A DNA stretch of 64,000 nt from Candidatus Saccharicenans sp. (GCA_029907135.1 JARYMJ010000001.1:24288-88287), one strand, 5' to 3'; shown: positions 53,977 to 64,000, numbered from the stretch's first letter. Made by a program: numbers and translations. Notes: generated by a model from the letters alone, not told the origin.

Positions 53977-56900
53977 CTAAAACCTCTTTCTCAACTTAAA
54001 ATCAAGGCTGACCCGTCCGAGTTCATTCTTGATGGCCACCAGTGACAGGCCCCCGGATAGATCCCATTCCAGCCTGACAATTTCCTCTCTTTGGGTGGCC
54101 AGGTTGGTGGAATAGACTATAAAAAAGTTTTTGGAAAGCCGCTTGCCCACGGTCAGCCGGGCGGTGATTTCAGATGTTGAACCCATGAGAAAAGGATCCA
54201 ATCGGAAGCGGTCCAGGCTAAACAAACTTTCCGATTTCCGGGCCAGCTGGTAGGAAATCATGGAAGCCGTGCTCATCTGGGTCGGGTCGAGGGAGTAGCG
54301 TCTCTGGTAGGATTCGCCCAGAGCCAGCAGCGACAGAATTTCTTCCTGCGGCAGCGGTGGCGAGGAAGAAAATTCAGGCTTGAGACTGCTGGCCAGGCCG
54401 TTGAGGTTGAAAATCACATGGTAATCCTTGACGTAGGCTTCGCTCTGAAAATCAATGTAGGGGTCAATGACCAGGGGATTGAAAAAACTCAATCTTCCCC
54501 TGAGAACACGGAAATCACGGTCCTGGAAATAAATCGTTCCCGACAGGGCTTCAATTTCTCCGGTGATGATCGGGCTGCCAACCGTGCCAGAGATGGTCAG
54601 GTCCAGCCTGGCCCTGATTCTGCCCAGGGAATTCTCCATCCAGACGTTGTCGCCGGCCCGGAGCCTAAAGTTAAGGTTAAGGTCATCAATCCAGCTGCTT
54701 CTGCCCTCGGCCGCATAGGTCTGCGAGGAAAAGGAAAGCTTTTCGTATAATTCTTTTTTCCAGAGAGCCTCCTTGAGCAGGAAATCGCCTTCCAGAACCG
54801 ACCTGTTCCCCTTCTTGGCAAACCTCATCTGGCCGTCTGCCACCAGACTGGTTCGCTCAAAGACCGAAAGTTCCATGTTCTGGCCGGACAGGCGAATTTC
54901 TGCTTCCTCCAGACCCGTCGACCCGAAGGCCAGTTCCCCAGAACCCTGAACCGGCCCCCCGCCCAACAATCCCTGAAAGGACCTGATGGACACCCGTCCA
55001 TTTTTGACGAAGGCCAGCCCGGAGAAATCATTTAGAGCATGGGCGAAACCCGGAATCGGGATCAGCTCCCCCCGGAGTTCCACCGCTCCGGTTAGGTCCA
55101 GGCCAGCAATCGGTCCCTGGAAACTCAACAGGTAATCAACGCTGCCGCTGGCTCCCCTCCAGGGCAGGAGGAAATCGAGGTTGGTCAGGCGGCCCCGGAC
55201 CTCTCCCTGCAGAAAATCCCTATCAAAGGGAATTTCCAGCTTGACTTCAAACTGACTGTCTCCCGGCAGCAGCCGACCTTTCAGTTCAACACTCAGATTG
55301 TTTTCCAGGAAATTCAGGTTGTAATCGCCGCTGGCCCCTGGGGCTCTGACAAAAAAGACTCCGAATTTATCAATGGAAAAATCTCCGCCGGGCCGGTCCC
55401 GGCCGAAAAGGCCCTGGCCTTTAAGATCCAGGCTGATCCGGCCTGAAAAATCAGAAGAAAAGGGCTTGAGGTCAACCCCGGTAGCTTTAAGGTCAAAGTC
55501 ATAAGTTGCGGGCCCAAAACCCAGGGCCAGCCTCCCAGATACTTCTCCCCCGTTGAGATTGAATTTGAGCTCGGGAAAAGTCAGCCCCCGCTCATCCCAG
55601 ATAATTTTCCCGTTGACATTTTTTATCGGGCTGCCCAGCAACAGCATTTCTTCGGAAGAGAAATCACCCTGGAAATTAATCTTCTGACCCTCGGTGATAT
55701 AAATGAAATCCCCCCGGACCGGGCCCCTGATGGGAAAATCAACTCTGAGATAAGCCAGCGCTGTTTCCACCAGAGCCCTGTCCAGGAGCAGCCTGGTTTC
55801 GGTTCGGCCGTTGTGATTATTTATTTCGACCTGACCATCAAAATTCTTGTCCAGGACATAAACCTTGCCCTCGACACTACCGCCTTCTACCGCCACCCGG
55901 CCCCGGGCGGTAGTCACCTCGAACCTTTCAAAACCAGCCGGCGATAAGGAGAATTCAAAATCCAGGTGGGGCCGATTATAATCTCCCTTGATTTCTATTT
56001 CGGCCCGTCCGGCGCCCCTGATTTCGGGAAATTCAAACCTGGTTTTGAACAACTCCTCAGTAAATTCCCGGGCTCCCCGGACATCGGTGAACTGCCCGGT
56101 TATGACCAGGTCCAGCAGCCGCCCGATCACCACCTGCCCCCCGACACTCAGCCGACCGAAAGATGTCAGTAAATCCTTTGTCTGAATTTTCAGGTCCTTT
56201 TTTGGCAGGTTAAGGTCGATGGCCACCCGGCCGTTCAGAGCAGACCCGTCCCTGGTTTCGCTTTCAGTAATTTCATCGCGGAATTCGGCCGTGGCCTGAA
56301 GCTCCCCTTTTTTCAGGGTAAACCGGCCCCAGGCCGGGGAGCTCACCGGCCAGGGAACTGAGGCATATTTCATGATCGGGTCCAGATGAAAGCCTTCCAT
56401 CTGTCCCTCGATCTGACCGCCGCCGTAGGTGATAGTCACCCTCTCCTGGGGCTGGTTGTTCTTCCTGATTTCTGAAAAAATCCGCCCACCCCGGCCCTTC
56501 TCCATTAGCACCTGGCCCTCAGCCGAGCCCAGGTCCACCTGGTTCAGACGGAAATTTTTCATCCGGTAATCAGCTTTGACCAGAAGCGGCCCGCTTTCAT
56601 TGGAAATGGTAACCTCGCCTGAAGTCTGGCCTTCCCAGCTGAAAGGAAGTTTGAGGGCGCTCATTATGAACTGAGTATCCAGGTTATAGACGGCTCTCAG
56701 GTCCACTTTGGTCGATTGCAGCAGGGCAATTTTCCCTTCTAGCCGCAGGGCCGATTTTTCTCCCCGGACAACGAGCCGTCCGATGTTGATGGTACGACCC
56801 CGGCCGGTCACCAGGGCTTCCAGTTCACCCTCCAGCAGTTCTGGAGAGTCATAAGGTCTTAACCTGGCTTGCCCGGCCCGGAGTAGGACGTTGACCCAGT

Positions 56901-57372
56901 TACTTTCCGCCCGGAAAAAGGCCGAGACTCCGGACAATTCGTAACTTCCCTGGTTGAGCTCAAAAACAAAGTGGCCTTCATTGATAAACCCGCCCTCGAT
57001 TATCAGCGGCAGATTTATCGATAGCTTACTCCCGCCACCGCTCCCCTTTTCTCCCTTGCCGTTATAAACCAGCTCCGGCCGGAAGACTTCCACCGTGACC
57101 GGCTTTTCCTTCCTCAATAGCGAGAGCAGGGGCAGTGAGACCTTGAGCCGTTCCAGCGAGAAAGCGGGATTGGCCGACCGTGATTTCAGATGCTTGATAT
57201 TGAGAGACGGGGGCAGGTAATTGAGTTTTATCTCGCTTACCTCAAAACTCTGGTTCAGCCGGCGGCCAAGCTGTTTCAGGAAAAGGCTCTTGGCAAACGA
57301 CAGGGCCACGTATAAAAAGGCAATCACCACCAGGATGGCAATCAGGCCCTTCCGTTTTTTCAAGAAACCCAT
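53977..57372 (-). CDS. tamB: TamB/AsmA-like translocation and assembly module protein (DUF490 C-terminus)
   Basis: 1131 aa with an N-terminal anchor (LIAILVVIAFLYVALSF). It has a long beta-rich body. The C-terminus is 'RLDPFLMGS...LTVGKRLSKNFFIVYS......E.VRLEWDLS..LSLVA'. It abuts the bamA start with a 0-nt gap. Confidence 0.85.
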   Translation of the reverse strand: MGFLKKRKGLIAILVVIAFLYVALSFAKSLFLKQLGRRLNQSFEVSEIKLNYLPPSLNIKHLKSRSANPAFSLERLKVSLPLLSLLRKEKPVTVEVFRPELVYNGKGEKGSGGGSKLSINLPLIIEGGFINEGHFVFELNQGSYELSGVSAFFRAESNWVNVLLRAGQARLRPYDSPELLEGELEALVTGRGRTINIGRLVVRGEKSALRLEGKIALLQSTKVDLRAVYNLDTQFIMSALKLPFSWEGQTSGEVTISNESGPLLVKADYRMKNFRLNQVDLGSAEGQVLMEKGRGGRIFSEIRKNNQPQERVTITYGGGQIEGQMEGFHLDPIMKYASVPWPVSSPAWGRFTLKKGELQATAEFRDEITESETRDGSALNGRVAIDLNLPKKDLKIQTKDLLTSFGRLSVGGQVVIGRLLDLVITGQFTDVRGAREFTEELFKTRFEFPEIRGAGRAEIEIKGDYNRPHLDFEFSLSPAGFERFEVTTARGRVAVEGGSVEGKVYVLDKNFDGQVEINNHNGRTETRLLLDRALVETALAYLRVDFPIRGPVRGDFIYITEGQKINFQGDFSSEEMLLLGSPIKNVNGKIIWDERGLTFPELKFNLNGGEVSGRLALGFGPATYDFDLKATGVDLKPFSSDFSGRISLDLKGQGLFGRDRPGGDFSIDKFGVFFVRAPGASGDYNLNFLENNLSVELKGRLLPGDSQFEVKLEIPFDRDFLQGEVRGRLTNLDFLLPWRGASGSVDYLLSFQGPIAGLDLTGAVELRGELIPIPGFAHALNDFSGLAFVKNGRVSIRSFQGLLGGGPVQGSGELAFGSTGLEEAEIRLSGQNMELSVFERTSLVADGQMRFAKKGNRSVLEGDFLLKEALWKKELYEKLSFSSQTYAAEGRSSWIDDLNLNFRLRAGDNVWMENSLGRIRARLDLTISGTVGSPIITGEIEALSGTIYFQDRDFRVLRGRLSFFNPLVIDPYIDFQSEAYVKDYHVIFNLNGLASSLKPEFSSSPPLPQEEILSLLALGESYQRRYSLDPTQMSTASMISYQLARKSESLFSLDRFRLDPFLMGSTSEITARLTVGKRLSKNFFIVYSTNLATQREEIVRLEWDLSGGLSLVAIKNELGRVSLDFKLRKRF

Positions 57373-57405
57373 GAACTCAAGCTCTCCCCTTGGATAAAAA
57401 AAGTT

Positions 57406-58053
57406 TTATTTTGCGGCCACCTTTTTCCAGTCCTGGAGAAACTTCTCAATGCCAATATCGGTCAGGGGATGACGGACCAGTTTATCCATGACCGCAAAGG
57501 GAACCGTGGCGATATGGGCTCCCAGCAAGGCGGCTTCCACTACGTGCCCGGGGTGTCGGACGCTGGCCACTATCACCTCGGTCTCGAAGTTATAATTCTC
57601 GTAGATGGTCAAAATCTGTTCCACCAGTTCCATCCCGTGGTGGGAAATATCATCCAGCCGGCCGATGAAGGGGCTGACGAAGGCTGCCCCGGCCTTGGCT
57701 GCCAGCAGGGCCTGGGAGGGCGAGAAAACCAGGGTCATGTTAACCTTGATGCCTTCGGCCGCCAGGATCTTGGTGGCCTTGAGCCCATCCAGGTTAACCG
57801 GAATCTTGACGGCAATGTTGGGCGCCAGCTGGTTGAGTTTCCGGGCTTCGGGAACAATGTCTTCGGCCCTAGTGGAAACGCACTCCACGCTCACCGGGCC
57901 CGAGACCAGGCTGCAGATTTCCCGGATCAGTTTCTCCAAAGGTACATTTTCTTTGGAACAGAGGGTGGGGTTGGTGGTAACTCCATCGAGAATACCCCAG
58001 CTGGCCACTTCTCTTATTTCCTGCAGATTGGCGGTATCCAAAAATAGTTTCAT
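57406..58053 (-). CDS. tal: Transaldolase / fructose-6-phosphate aldolase (short type 3B)
   Basis: 215 aa. It has '[13 protein letters not shown]......[12 protein letters not shown]', 'VKIP' and '[11 protein letters not shown]'. Confidence 0.9.
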   Translation of the reverse strand: MKLFLDTANLQEIREVASWGILDGVTTNPTLCSKENVPLEKLIREICSLVSGPVSVECVSTRAEDIVPEARKLNQLAPNIAVKIPVNLDGLKATKILAAEGIKVNMTLVFSPSQALLAAKAGAAFVSPFIGRLDDISHHGMELVEQILTIYENYNFETEVIVASVRHPGHVVEAALLGAHIATVPFAVMDKLVRHPLTDIGIEKFLQDWKKVAAK

Positions 58054-58054
58054 C

Positions 58055-58828
58055 CTACCTCCTTGGCTCTATTTTCTTAACGAAATTTGAAAGCGTTCCG
58101 ATGCCCTCAATCTGAACATCCACCCGATCCCCAGGCTGCATCGGCCCGACTCCGGCCGGGGTGCCGGTGGCGATGACATCGCCCGGCTCCAGGGTCATGA
58201 TCCGTGAGAGGTAGCGGATGAGAAAGGGAACTGGGAAAATCAGGTTGCGGGTATTGCCGGATTGAACCAGCTTCCCGTTGAGAAAAGTTTTTAACTGGAC
58301 GGCTCCAGGATCCAGGTCCGTCACCAGGCAGGGGCCAATAGCCGCAAAAGTATCAAAGGATTTGGCCCGGGTGAATTGAACGTCTTTAAGCTGCAGGTCC
58401 CTGGCAGTGACGTCGTTGAAGCAGGTATAGCCCAGGACGTATTCCTGCCAGTTGCTGTCGTCGGACAAATTGCAGGCTTTCTTCTTTATGATAACGGCCA
58501 GCTCCCCCTCGTAATCCACCCTCTGGGAAACCTCCGGGTAGATTATGGCCTGAAGCGGGCCGATGATGGCGCTGGGCGGTTTGAGGAAAAGCAGGGGTTC
58601 TGGCGGGACGGGATTACCCAGCTCCTCGGCATGTTCACGGTAATTCCTCCCGATGCAGACAATTTTCGAGGGGCAAACTGGAGGCAGCAGAGTCACTTCG
58701 GAAATGGGAATAGGACTTTCCAGAATCTTGAAATTCCTGAAAATAGAACCCCTGACCGGAAAAAGCACCTCTTCCTTCAACAGCCCGTAAAGTATTTTCT
58801 TTCGGTAGCGGAAACGGTAAATCTTCAT
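58055..58828 (-). CDS. Fumarylacetoacetate hydrolase (FAH) family protein
   Basis: 257 aa. It has '[15 protein letters not shown]', '[10 protein letters not shown]' and '[17 protein letters not shown]'. Confidence 0.9.
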   Translation of the reverse strand: MKIYRFRYRKKILYGLLKEEVLFPVRGSIFRNFKILESPIPISEVTLLPPVCPSKIVCIGRNYREHAEELGNPVPPEPLLFLKPPSAIIGPLQAIIYPEVSQRVDYEGELAVIIKKKACNLSDDSNWQEYVLGYTCFNDVTARDLQLKDVQFTRAKSFDTFAAIGPCLVTDLDPGAVQLKTFLNGKLVQSGNTRNLIFPVPFLIRYLSRIMTLEPGDVIATGTPAGVGPMQPGDRVDVQIEGIGTLSNFVKKIEPRR

Positions 58829-58831
58829 TTT

Positions 58832-59893
58832 TCAAGTCTTGACCTGAATTTTTGCCGGTGGACTCTCGTTGCCGGACTTATCCACCGCCCTTATAGAATA
58901 AACATAGAGAGCCTGCTTTTCAACCGACCTGTCGAGAAAAACGGGGATGGTCAGGTGGTCCGAAGTGAGGAGGACAGGCCCGGTTTCACCTTCCCGCCAG
59001 CGGTAAACCCGGTAACCGGCCAGGTCTTTTTCCGAATTAGGAAGCCAGGAAAGAGCCACCCCTTCTTCTCCCAGTACCGCCCTGACCCCGTCCGGAGCCT
59101 CGGGCGGGAAAACGTCCTCGGCCTTGACCTCCAGAATTTCCGAGTCAGCGCCCTCCCTTAATTCCCCGCCCCTGACTTTGGCTGCCCGCACCAGGTAGCG
59201 GTAGCTCCGGCCGAAGGAAAAATCCCGGTCGGCAAAAACCGTTTCTTCGAGGGGCCGGTGGGTCAGCAGGATAAAATCCCCGTTTTCCGCCCGATAGAGG
59301 TTATAATAAATTTTTTCTGTAAGCGGTTGACCATCAAGGTGAGAAGCCGGCGCTTGCCAACAAAGAAGTATTCGGTCCTGGCTAACTTCAGCCCGCAGGC
59401 CGACCGGGGCTGAAGGCAGCACTTCCGGCTGAATTTCCACCAGGTTGGAAATTTCTGACCAGCCCCCTTTTTTGCCCCTGACCTGCAGGCCGAAAAGAAA
59501 CTTCCGGCCGACCGCTTTATTCAGGTCAAGGCTGAGCCGGGCCCGGTTCAATCCGGTTTCCAGCCGCCCGATTTGGAGCTCAGACAGCGGCCTGGAATAT
59601 TTCAGGAAAAAAGCCGGAGACTTTTTTTCTAAAGTTTCTTCTCCTTTTATCTCCAGGACCCTTATTTCCACCCGGGAAATCTCCAGCGGAGCCCCGCTCA
59701 GGTAGCTCAGGGGGCCACTCCAGGTGAAAATGAGCTTCGCCCCCTGCTGGACTATTCTTAAATCCTTGACCGCCTGGGGTTTTCTGGGGACGGGTTCCTG
59801 CAGCTGACCCTTATGGCCGCAGCCGGAGTTAAAAAAGGAGAGCAAGAAAATTAGCAGGCCGGCAGCCAGTAGCGGGACATTTTTCTTCATCAC
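58832..59893 (-). CDS. Putative lipoprotein with three fibronectin-type-III-like repeats
   Basis: The signal is [25 protein letters not shown]. It has three ~90-aa repeats, each opening with 'P.AP.GLRA.....L.W..P' and ending in 'Y.Y.V.A.D..GNES'-type strands. The ORF overlaps the hslU stop by 4 nt. Confidence 0.6.
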   Translation of the reverse strand: MMKKNVPLLAAGLLIFLLSFFNSGCGHKGQLQEPVPRKPQAVKDLRIVQQGAKLIFTWSGPLSYLSGAPLEISRVEIRVLEIKGEETLEKKSPAFFLKYSRPLSELQIGRLETGLNRARLSLDLNKAVGRKFLFGLQVRGKKGGWSEISNLVEIQPEVLPSAPVGLRAEVSQDRILLCWQAPASHLDGQPLTEKIYYNLYRAENGDFILLTHRPLEETVFADRDFSFGRSYRYLVRAAKVRGGELREGADSEILEVKAEDVFPPEAPDGVRAVLGEEGVALSWLPNSEKDLAGYRVYRWREGETGPVLLTSDHLTIPVFLDRSVEKQALYVYSIRAVDKSGNESPPAKIQVKT

Positions 59894-61302
59894 AGGATGA
59901 ATTTTCTCAGGTCCTGATCCTTGAGAATTTCGCTGAGCTGTTTCTGGACATATTCCCTGGTAATGACTATCTTTCGCTCGGCCAGGTTAGGAGCTTCATA
60001 GGAAATTTCCTCCATCACCTTCTCCATCACCGTGTGCAGCCTCCGGGCTCCGATATTCTCAGCTTCCTCGTTCACCTTCTCGGCAATGGCCGCGATTTCT
60101 TCTATGGCTTCTGGAGCGAATTCCACCTCCACCCCTTCGGTGGCCAGCAGCGCCTTGTATTGTTTGATCAAAGCGTTTTCGGTTTCGGTCAGGATGCGGA
60201 TAAAATCTTCCTTGGTCAGGGGTGATAGCTCGACTCTGATGGGGAAACGTCCCTGGATTTCGGGAATCAAGTCCGAGGGCTTGGTCACGTGAAAGGCCCC
60301 AGCGGCTATGAACAAAATATGGTCGGTTCGGACCAGCCCGAAGCGGGTAGAGACGGTGGTTCCTTCAATGATGGGCAGGAGGTCTCGCTGGACCCCTTCC
60401 CGGCTGACATCTGGCCCAACTCCGGATTCCCGGCCAGCGACTTTATCCAGTTCGTCCAGGAAAATGATGCCCGACTGTTCCACTCTCTCTATGGCCAGGC
60501 GGGCCACCTGGTCCATGTCGACCAGCCTTTTCTCTTCGTCTTCCAGGAGAATCTCCCGGGCTTCCTTGATCTTCACCCGGCGTTTTTTGGTCTTTCCCCC
60601 GAACATGCCCGGCAGTATTTCCTGGATTTGAATTCCTATTTCTTCAAAGCCGTTGCTGCTGATAAATTCAAAGGGCGGAGCCGGTTTTTCCGTGACCTCG
60701 ATTTCCACCACCCTGTCTTCGAGCTGGCCGGCCCGCAACTGGCGGCGGAGGCGATCCCGGGTGCGCTGCATCTCTTTCTGCTCTTCATCCACTGCGGCCG
60801 GTTCCTTGCGACGGTTGGCCAGCGGCCGGCCGGGCAGGAGCAGGTCCAGCAACTTTTCCTCGACATTGGCCATGGCCTTGGCTTCGATTTCCTTGACCTT
60901 CTCCTGTTTAACCATGTCCACGGCAATCCGTACCAGGTCGCGGATCATCGATTCCACATCTCGGCCGACGTAACCGACCTCGGTAAAGCGGCTGGCTTCT
61001 ATCTTAAGAAAGGGCGAAGAGGTTAGCTTGGCCAGGCGGCGGGAGATTTCGGTCTTACCGACGCCGGTCGGGCCTATCATCAGGATATTCTTGGGAGCTA
61101 TTTCATCAGCCAGCTCGGGCGGCAGCTTGCGCCGACGGAAGCGATTTCTCAGAGCAATGGCCACGGCTTTCTTGGCCGCCTTCTGGCCGATTATGTACTT
61201 ATCGAGCTCGGCCACGATTTGCTGGGGGGTGAGCTCTCCTTCCGATTCTCCGAAAACCAGCCGGTCTTCCCGGATGATTTTGCCTTCAAGTTCGATGGCC
61301 AT
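59890..61302 (-). CDS. hslU: ATP-dependent protease ATPase subunit HslU
   Basis: 470 aa. It has '[29 protein letters not shown]' and '[14 protein letters not shown]'. Confidence 0.97.
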   Translation of the reverse strand: MAIELEGKIIREDRLVFGESEGELTPQQIVAELDKYIIGQKAAKKAVAIALRNRFRRRKLPPELADEIAPKNILMIGPTGVGKTEISRRLAKLTSSPFLKIEASRFTEVGYVGRDVESMIRDLVRIAVDMVKQEKVKEIEAKAMANVEEKLLDLLLPGRPLANRRKEPAAVDEEQKEMQRTRDRLRRQLRAGQLEDRVVEIEVTEKPAPPFEFISSNGFEEIGIQIQEILPGMFGGKTKKRRVKIKEAREILLEDEEKRLVDMDQVARLAIERVEQSGIIFLDELDKVAGRESGVGPDVSREGVQRDLLPIIEGTTVSTRFGLVRTDHILFIAAGAFHVTKPSDLIPEIQGRFPIRVELSPLTKEDFIRILTETENALIKQYKALLATEGVEVEFAPEAIEEIAAIAEKVNEEAENIGARRLHTVMEKVMEEISYEAPNLAERKIVITREYVQKQLSEILKDQDLRKFIL

Positions 61303-61829
61303 TAAAGTTCCTCAATAGTAAAATTATCGTTGGTATAAACGCAGATTTCCGAAGCAATTCTCAGGGCCTCCAGGGCGATTTCCCGGGCTGAAAGCTCGGT
61401 GTGTTTGACCAGGGCCCGGGCCGCGGCCAGAGCATAGGGACCGCCCGAACCGACTGCGGTTAGCCCGTCGTCCGGTTCAACCACATCGCCCGTCCCGGAA
61501 ATAAGAAAGGTATTCCCGGCATCGGCCACGATCAGCAAAGCATCCAGCTGGCGTAACGACTTGTCCAGGCGCCAGTCCTTGGCCAGCTCGATGGCTGCCC
61601 GCGACAGGTTTCCCCGGTATTCTTCCAGCTTGGCCTCAAAGCGGGCAAAAAGGGCAAAGGCGTCGGAAGTAGCCCCGGCAAAACCGGCCAGAACCTGGCC
61701 CTTATAAAGGCGCCGGACTTTCTGAGCGGTGGACTTGAGCACCGTCTGGCTCATGGTTACCTGGCCGTCGCCAGCCATAACCACCCGTCCTTTATGCCTG
61801 ATACAGAGGACTGTGGTCGACTTGATCAT
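61302..61829 (-). CDS. hslV: ATP-dependent protease subunit HslV
   Basis: 175 aa. It starts '[21 protein letters not shown]' (N-terminal Thr nucleophile after Met-Ile-Lys-Ser) and has '[10 protein letters not shown]'. Confidence 0.95.
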   Translation of the reverse strand: MIKSTTVLCIRHKGRVVMAGDGQVTMSQTVLKSTAQKVRRLYKGQVLAGFAGATSDAFALFARFEAKLEEYRGNLSRAAIELAKDWRLDKSLRQLDALLIVADAGNTFLISGTGDVVEPDDGLTAVGSGGPYALAAARALVKHTELSAREIALEALRIASEICVYTNDNFTIEEL

Positions 61830-61958
61830 GATTGTTCACCTTTTATGCCTTGATTATACAACAAAAGCCGCCTGGGTGTAAGAACAGGGGACAGGCCAAA
61901 TATTGCCACTTTTTCTGGCCTTAATTTTGTGGTAAACATCCTGTTAAGAGGTGAGGAT

Positions 61959-62879
61959 ATGGAGAAATTGACCCTGGTCATAATGGCTGCCGGCATTGGT
62001 AGCCGGTACGGCGGTCTGAAACAGGTTGACCCGGTCGGGCCCAACGGCGAACTCATCATAGACTACTCCCTGTTCGATGCTCATCGAGCAGGGATTGAGA
62101 ATGTGGTTTTTATCATCCGCCGCGACCTGGAAAAAGTTTTCAAGGAAAAGATAGGTCACCAGGCTGAGAAGCATTTCCAGGTTTCTTATGTTTTCCAGGA
62201 AATGAATATGGCTCTGCCACCGGGTTTCAAGATTCCCGAAGACCGGGTCAAGCCCTGGGGGACTGGCCAGGCTGTCCTTCTCTGTTGTTCCGCGGTCGCT
62301 GGGAATTTCCTGGTCATCAACGCCGACGATTTCTACGGCTACGAAGCCATAAAGAAGCTGGCCGATTACATGAGGAAGGTTAAGGACGAGCCCAGTCATT
62401 ATAACTACGCCCTGGTCGGCTACCGGCTCGGAAATACTCTATCCGAGCATGGGCATGTGGCCCGAGGCATCTGCCGAATATCCGAAGACGGCTACCTGCT
62501 CGACCTGCGCGAGCGAACCAAAGTTCAGAAATTCGCCGACGGCATCAGGTATACCGAGGATGGTCAGACCTGGCAGCCCCTCTCCCCTGACGATATTGCC
62601 TCCATGAACATTTTCGGACTGACCCCGAGCATCTTTGACGAACTGGAAATCCGTTTCCAGAACTTTCTGACTAACCCGGCTACCAATCTGAGCAAGTCCG
62701 AGTTCTACATCCCGGAAGTGGTCGGTGCTCTTTCCCGGGAGAAAAAGGCCAGAGTCCGGGTTCTGACCACCGAGGACCAGTGGTACGGCGTCACCTACCA
62801 GGAAGACCGTCCCTGGGTCCAGGCTGGCATCGGGCAACTTATCCAATCCGGCCGCTACCCCCAGAAGCTCTGGGAATAA
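61959..62879 (+). CDS. Sugar-phosphate nucleotidyltransferase family protein
   Basis: I chose the ATG at 61959, behind GAGGTGAGG. It has 'LVIMAAGIGSRYGGLKQ', an NTP-transferase G-rich loop, and 'INADDFYG'. Confidence 0.8.
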   Translation: MEKLTLVIMAAGIGSRYGGLKQVDPVGPNGELIIDYSLFDAHRAGIENVVFIIRRDLEKVFKEKIGHQAEKHFQVSYVFQEMNMALPPGFKIPEDRVKPWGTGQAVLLCCSAVAGNFLVINADDFYGYEAIKKLADYMRKVKDEPSHYNYALVGYRLGNTLSEHGHVARGICRISEDGYLLDLRERTKVQKFADGIRYTEDGQTWQPLSPDDIASMNIFGLTPSIFDELEIRFQNFLTNPATNLSKSEFYIPEVVGALSREKKARVRVLTTEDQWYGVTYQEDRPWVQAGIGQLIQSGRYPQKLWE

Positions 62880-63801
62880 GAGATAGCCCCGGTCTCAGGC
62901 AGAGAAGCCTGCGGGGGCAAATCTTTTAGAACGTCGACAGCAAGAATTGCCCTGCCCAGTATTTAAGTGGAGAGGTTGGAATGAAAATAATCAAGCCTTT
63001 TGCCTTCCCTTCCCGTTATGTTTATTTTTATTTTACTATCCAGCGCCTTCCTTCAGGCCCAGAACAGGGTCAGCTATCCCAGTGACTTCAGCCTGAGTAT
63101 AAGTCGCTTTGGTCCGGGCTAAATAAGTTATCAACGCCCGGCCAGCAAATCTCTGGCCAGCAACGTTGGCAGGCCTGTCTTTCCAGATGGTGAATTCCCC
63201 GTAACCTTTAAACCGGCTCGACGCTGTGCCTAACTCCAAGTCATCTTTAATTTATCATCTCGGGTGGAATCAATTATCTGATTCTGCAGTTTGTCGTTGG
63301 CCACATTGGGCCGGGTTTTGAACTGACAGATGAAAAAGGATTATTTTTCAGGTCCTGGGCCCAGCTCTGGTTTGGACCGTTTAATGATTCTAAAGCGGCT
63401 ATTGTTTCAGGTATATCCCTCGGTTAGCGGTTTTAATATTTTGGCCCGCCTGGATAGTAACGGCCCGGGCAGCTCTCCTATTCCGGCCTGTGGACACGAA
63501 GTCAACTCGACTCGGTTTAATTCTCCCCAATCACAATTCGCCCTCGGTTAAACCGGAAGAGAGTCAGGTTGCACCTTAAATTATCTCCAGCCACGGCTCG
63601 ATGGCCATGGCCAATAGGACCATGAGCCTCAACCTGGCCTTGGCGAATATCTCTACTCCAGGCCGAAAATCATAATTCCAGATTGGTTAGTGAAAACGCC
63701 AGGACCAAGATAGTTTGGAAGTATCGACACCAAGACAGGCTGTAATGTTTTCGGTTGACGAAACTGGGCAAATAGAAAAAAATAGGGGCAAGGAGCTGAT
63801 A

Positions 63802-64000
63802 ATGAGAACTGGCCACAAGAAAAGAATAAGAAACCTCAATATGGTTATGATCGCAATGACTCTTTCTTCGATTTTTTTGGTCCTGGCTTCGGACCGGCTG
63901 CGCGCCTCCAAGGTGGATGAAGTTACCGTTAACGACTGGGAGAATCCCAGGGTGTTCGCCATAAACAAAGAGGCGCCACAGACCACCTTCGTTTCATTCC
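63802..64000 (+). CDS. Glycoside hydrolase family 2 (beta-galactosidase-like), N-terminal fragment running off the window
   Basis: This ORF is not in the supplied track; I translated it by hand. AAGGAG lies 6 nt upstream. The product reads MRTGHKKRIRNLNMVMIAMTLSSIFLVLAS...VNDWENPRVFAINKEAPQTTFVSF. 'DWENP.V...N.....' is the conserved GH2 N-terminal motif (compare LacZ 'RDWENPGVTQLNRL'). Confidence 0.6.
   Translation, partial: MRTGHKKRIRNLNMVMIAMTLSSIFLVLASDRLRASKVDEVTVNDWENPRVFAINKEAPQTTFVSF

Noticed and set aside
63240-63700. Possible remnant of a higB/higA-like toxin-antitoxin pair on the minus strand. Fragments such as 'IFAKARLRLMVLLAMAIEP' and 'LKPLTEGYT*NNSRFRII' recall HigB 'AKRLR..L..L..A' and 'L..LKGDR.G.YSIRIN..WRI.F'.
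   Set aside because: The fragments sit in different frames. They are ~40 codons apart rather than the ~10 expected, and are interrupted by several stops. The putative HigA part shows no convincing HTH. The resemblance is too weak to claim without a tolerant translated search.
63687-63986. A 99-aa minus-strand ORF at the right edge of the window.
   Set aside because: The plus strand here encodes an RBS-preceded ORF with the GH2 'DWENP' N-terminal motif. The minus ORF is its antisense shadow extended into the spacer.
1-64000. A window-wide look for CRISPR arrays, IS elements or transposases, integrases, restriction-modification, toxin-antitoxin, retron, CBASS or other defence hallmarks, and for rRNA, RNase P, tmRNA or SRP RNA signatures.
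   Set aside because: None were found by eye. All large ORFs are accounted for by housekeeping or envelope functions or by the few hypothetical proteins listed. I did not see the conserved cores of the common structured RNAs in the intergenic regions. A covariance-model scan would be needed to exclude small ncRNAs.

Overview
The window is a dense, mostly housekeeping chromosomal segment of a diderm (outer-membrane-bearing) bacterium with moderately high GC. I cannot place the lineage from sequence alone. About 58 protein genes and one tRNA-Phe can be supported. I saw no rRNA, CRISPR array, IS element, transposase, integrase, prophage or recognisable defence genes.

Main blocks, in order:
- The end of the dcw cluster: murC tail, ftsQ, ftsA, ftsZ.
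- A small catabolic/transport patch: hutI-like gene, exported acetamidase, B12-radical SAM enzyme, APC permease.
- comM, an MglA-like GTPase, truA, rimI and tsaB.
- An ECF sigma/anti-sigma operon.
- sppA, ftsB and a phosphohexomutase.
- A coaD-pilMNOPQ type IV pilus operon.
- A co-directional block from a DUF465 gene through an Asd-like gene, yicC, gmk, coaBC and udg to a priA-like gene.
- clpB, mutS and pgsA.
- A roughly 12-kb tightly packed operon: hslVU, FN3 lipoprotein, FAH, tal, tamB, bamA, surA-like gene, fabD.
- A more AT-rich, ORF-poor 0.9-kb spacer in front of a truncated GH2 glycosidase gene.

I found no obvious accessory island. The best candidate for something undescribed is the five-gene ECF sigma/anti-sigma operon (15586..18666). 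Three of its exported proteins share an ~80-aa C-terminal module that I do not recognise; it ends in W-[LI]-E-stop.

Other points worth a second look:
- A PriA homolog with every helicase ATPase motif degenerate but its zinc-binding Cys-rich region intact.
- An Asd-fold protein lacking the catalytic Cys and the NADP loop.
- An orphan MglA-like GTPase with a ~95-aa tail.
- A 622-aa exported protein of unknown function.
- A hyper-acidic 107-aa protein wedged between clpB and mutS.

All functional calls come from reading the translated ORFs against remembered family motifs. No database search was run.
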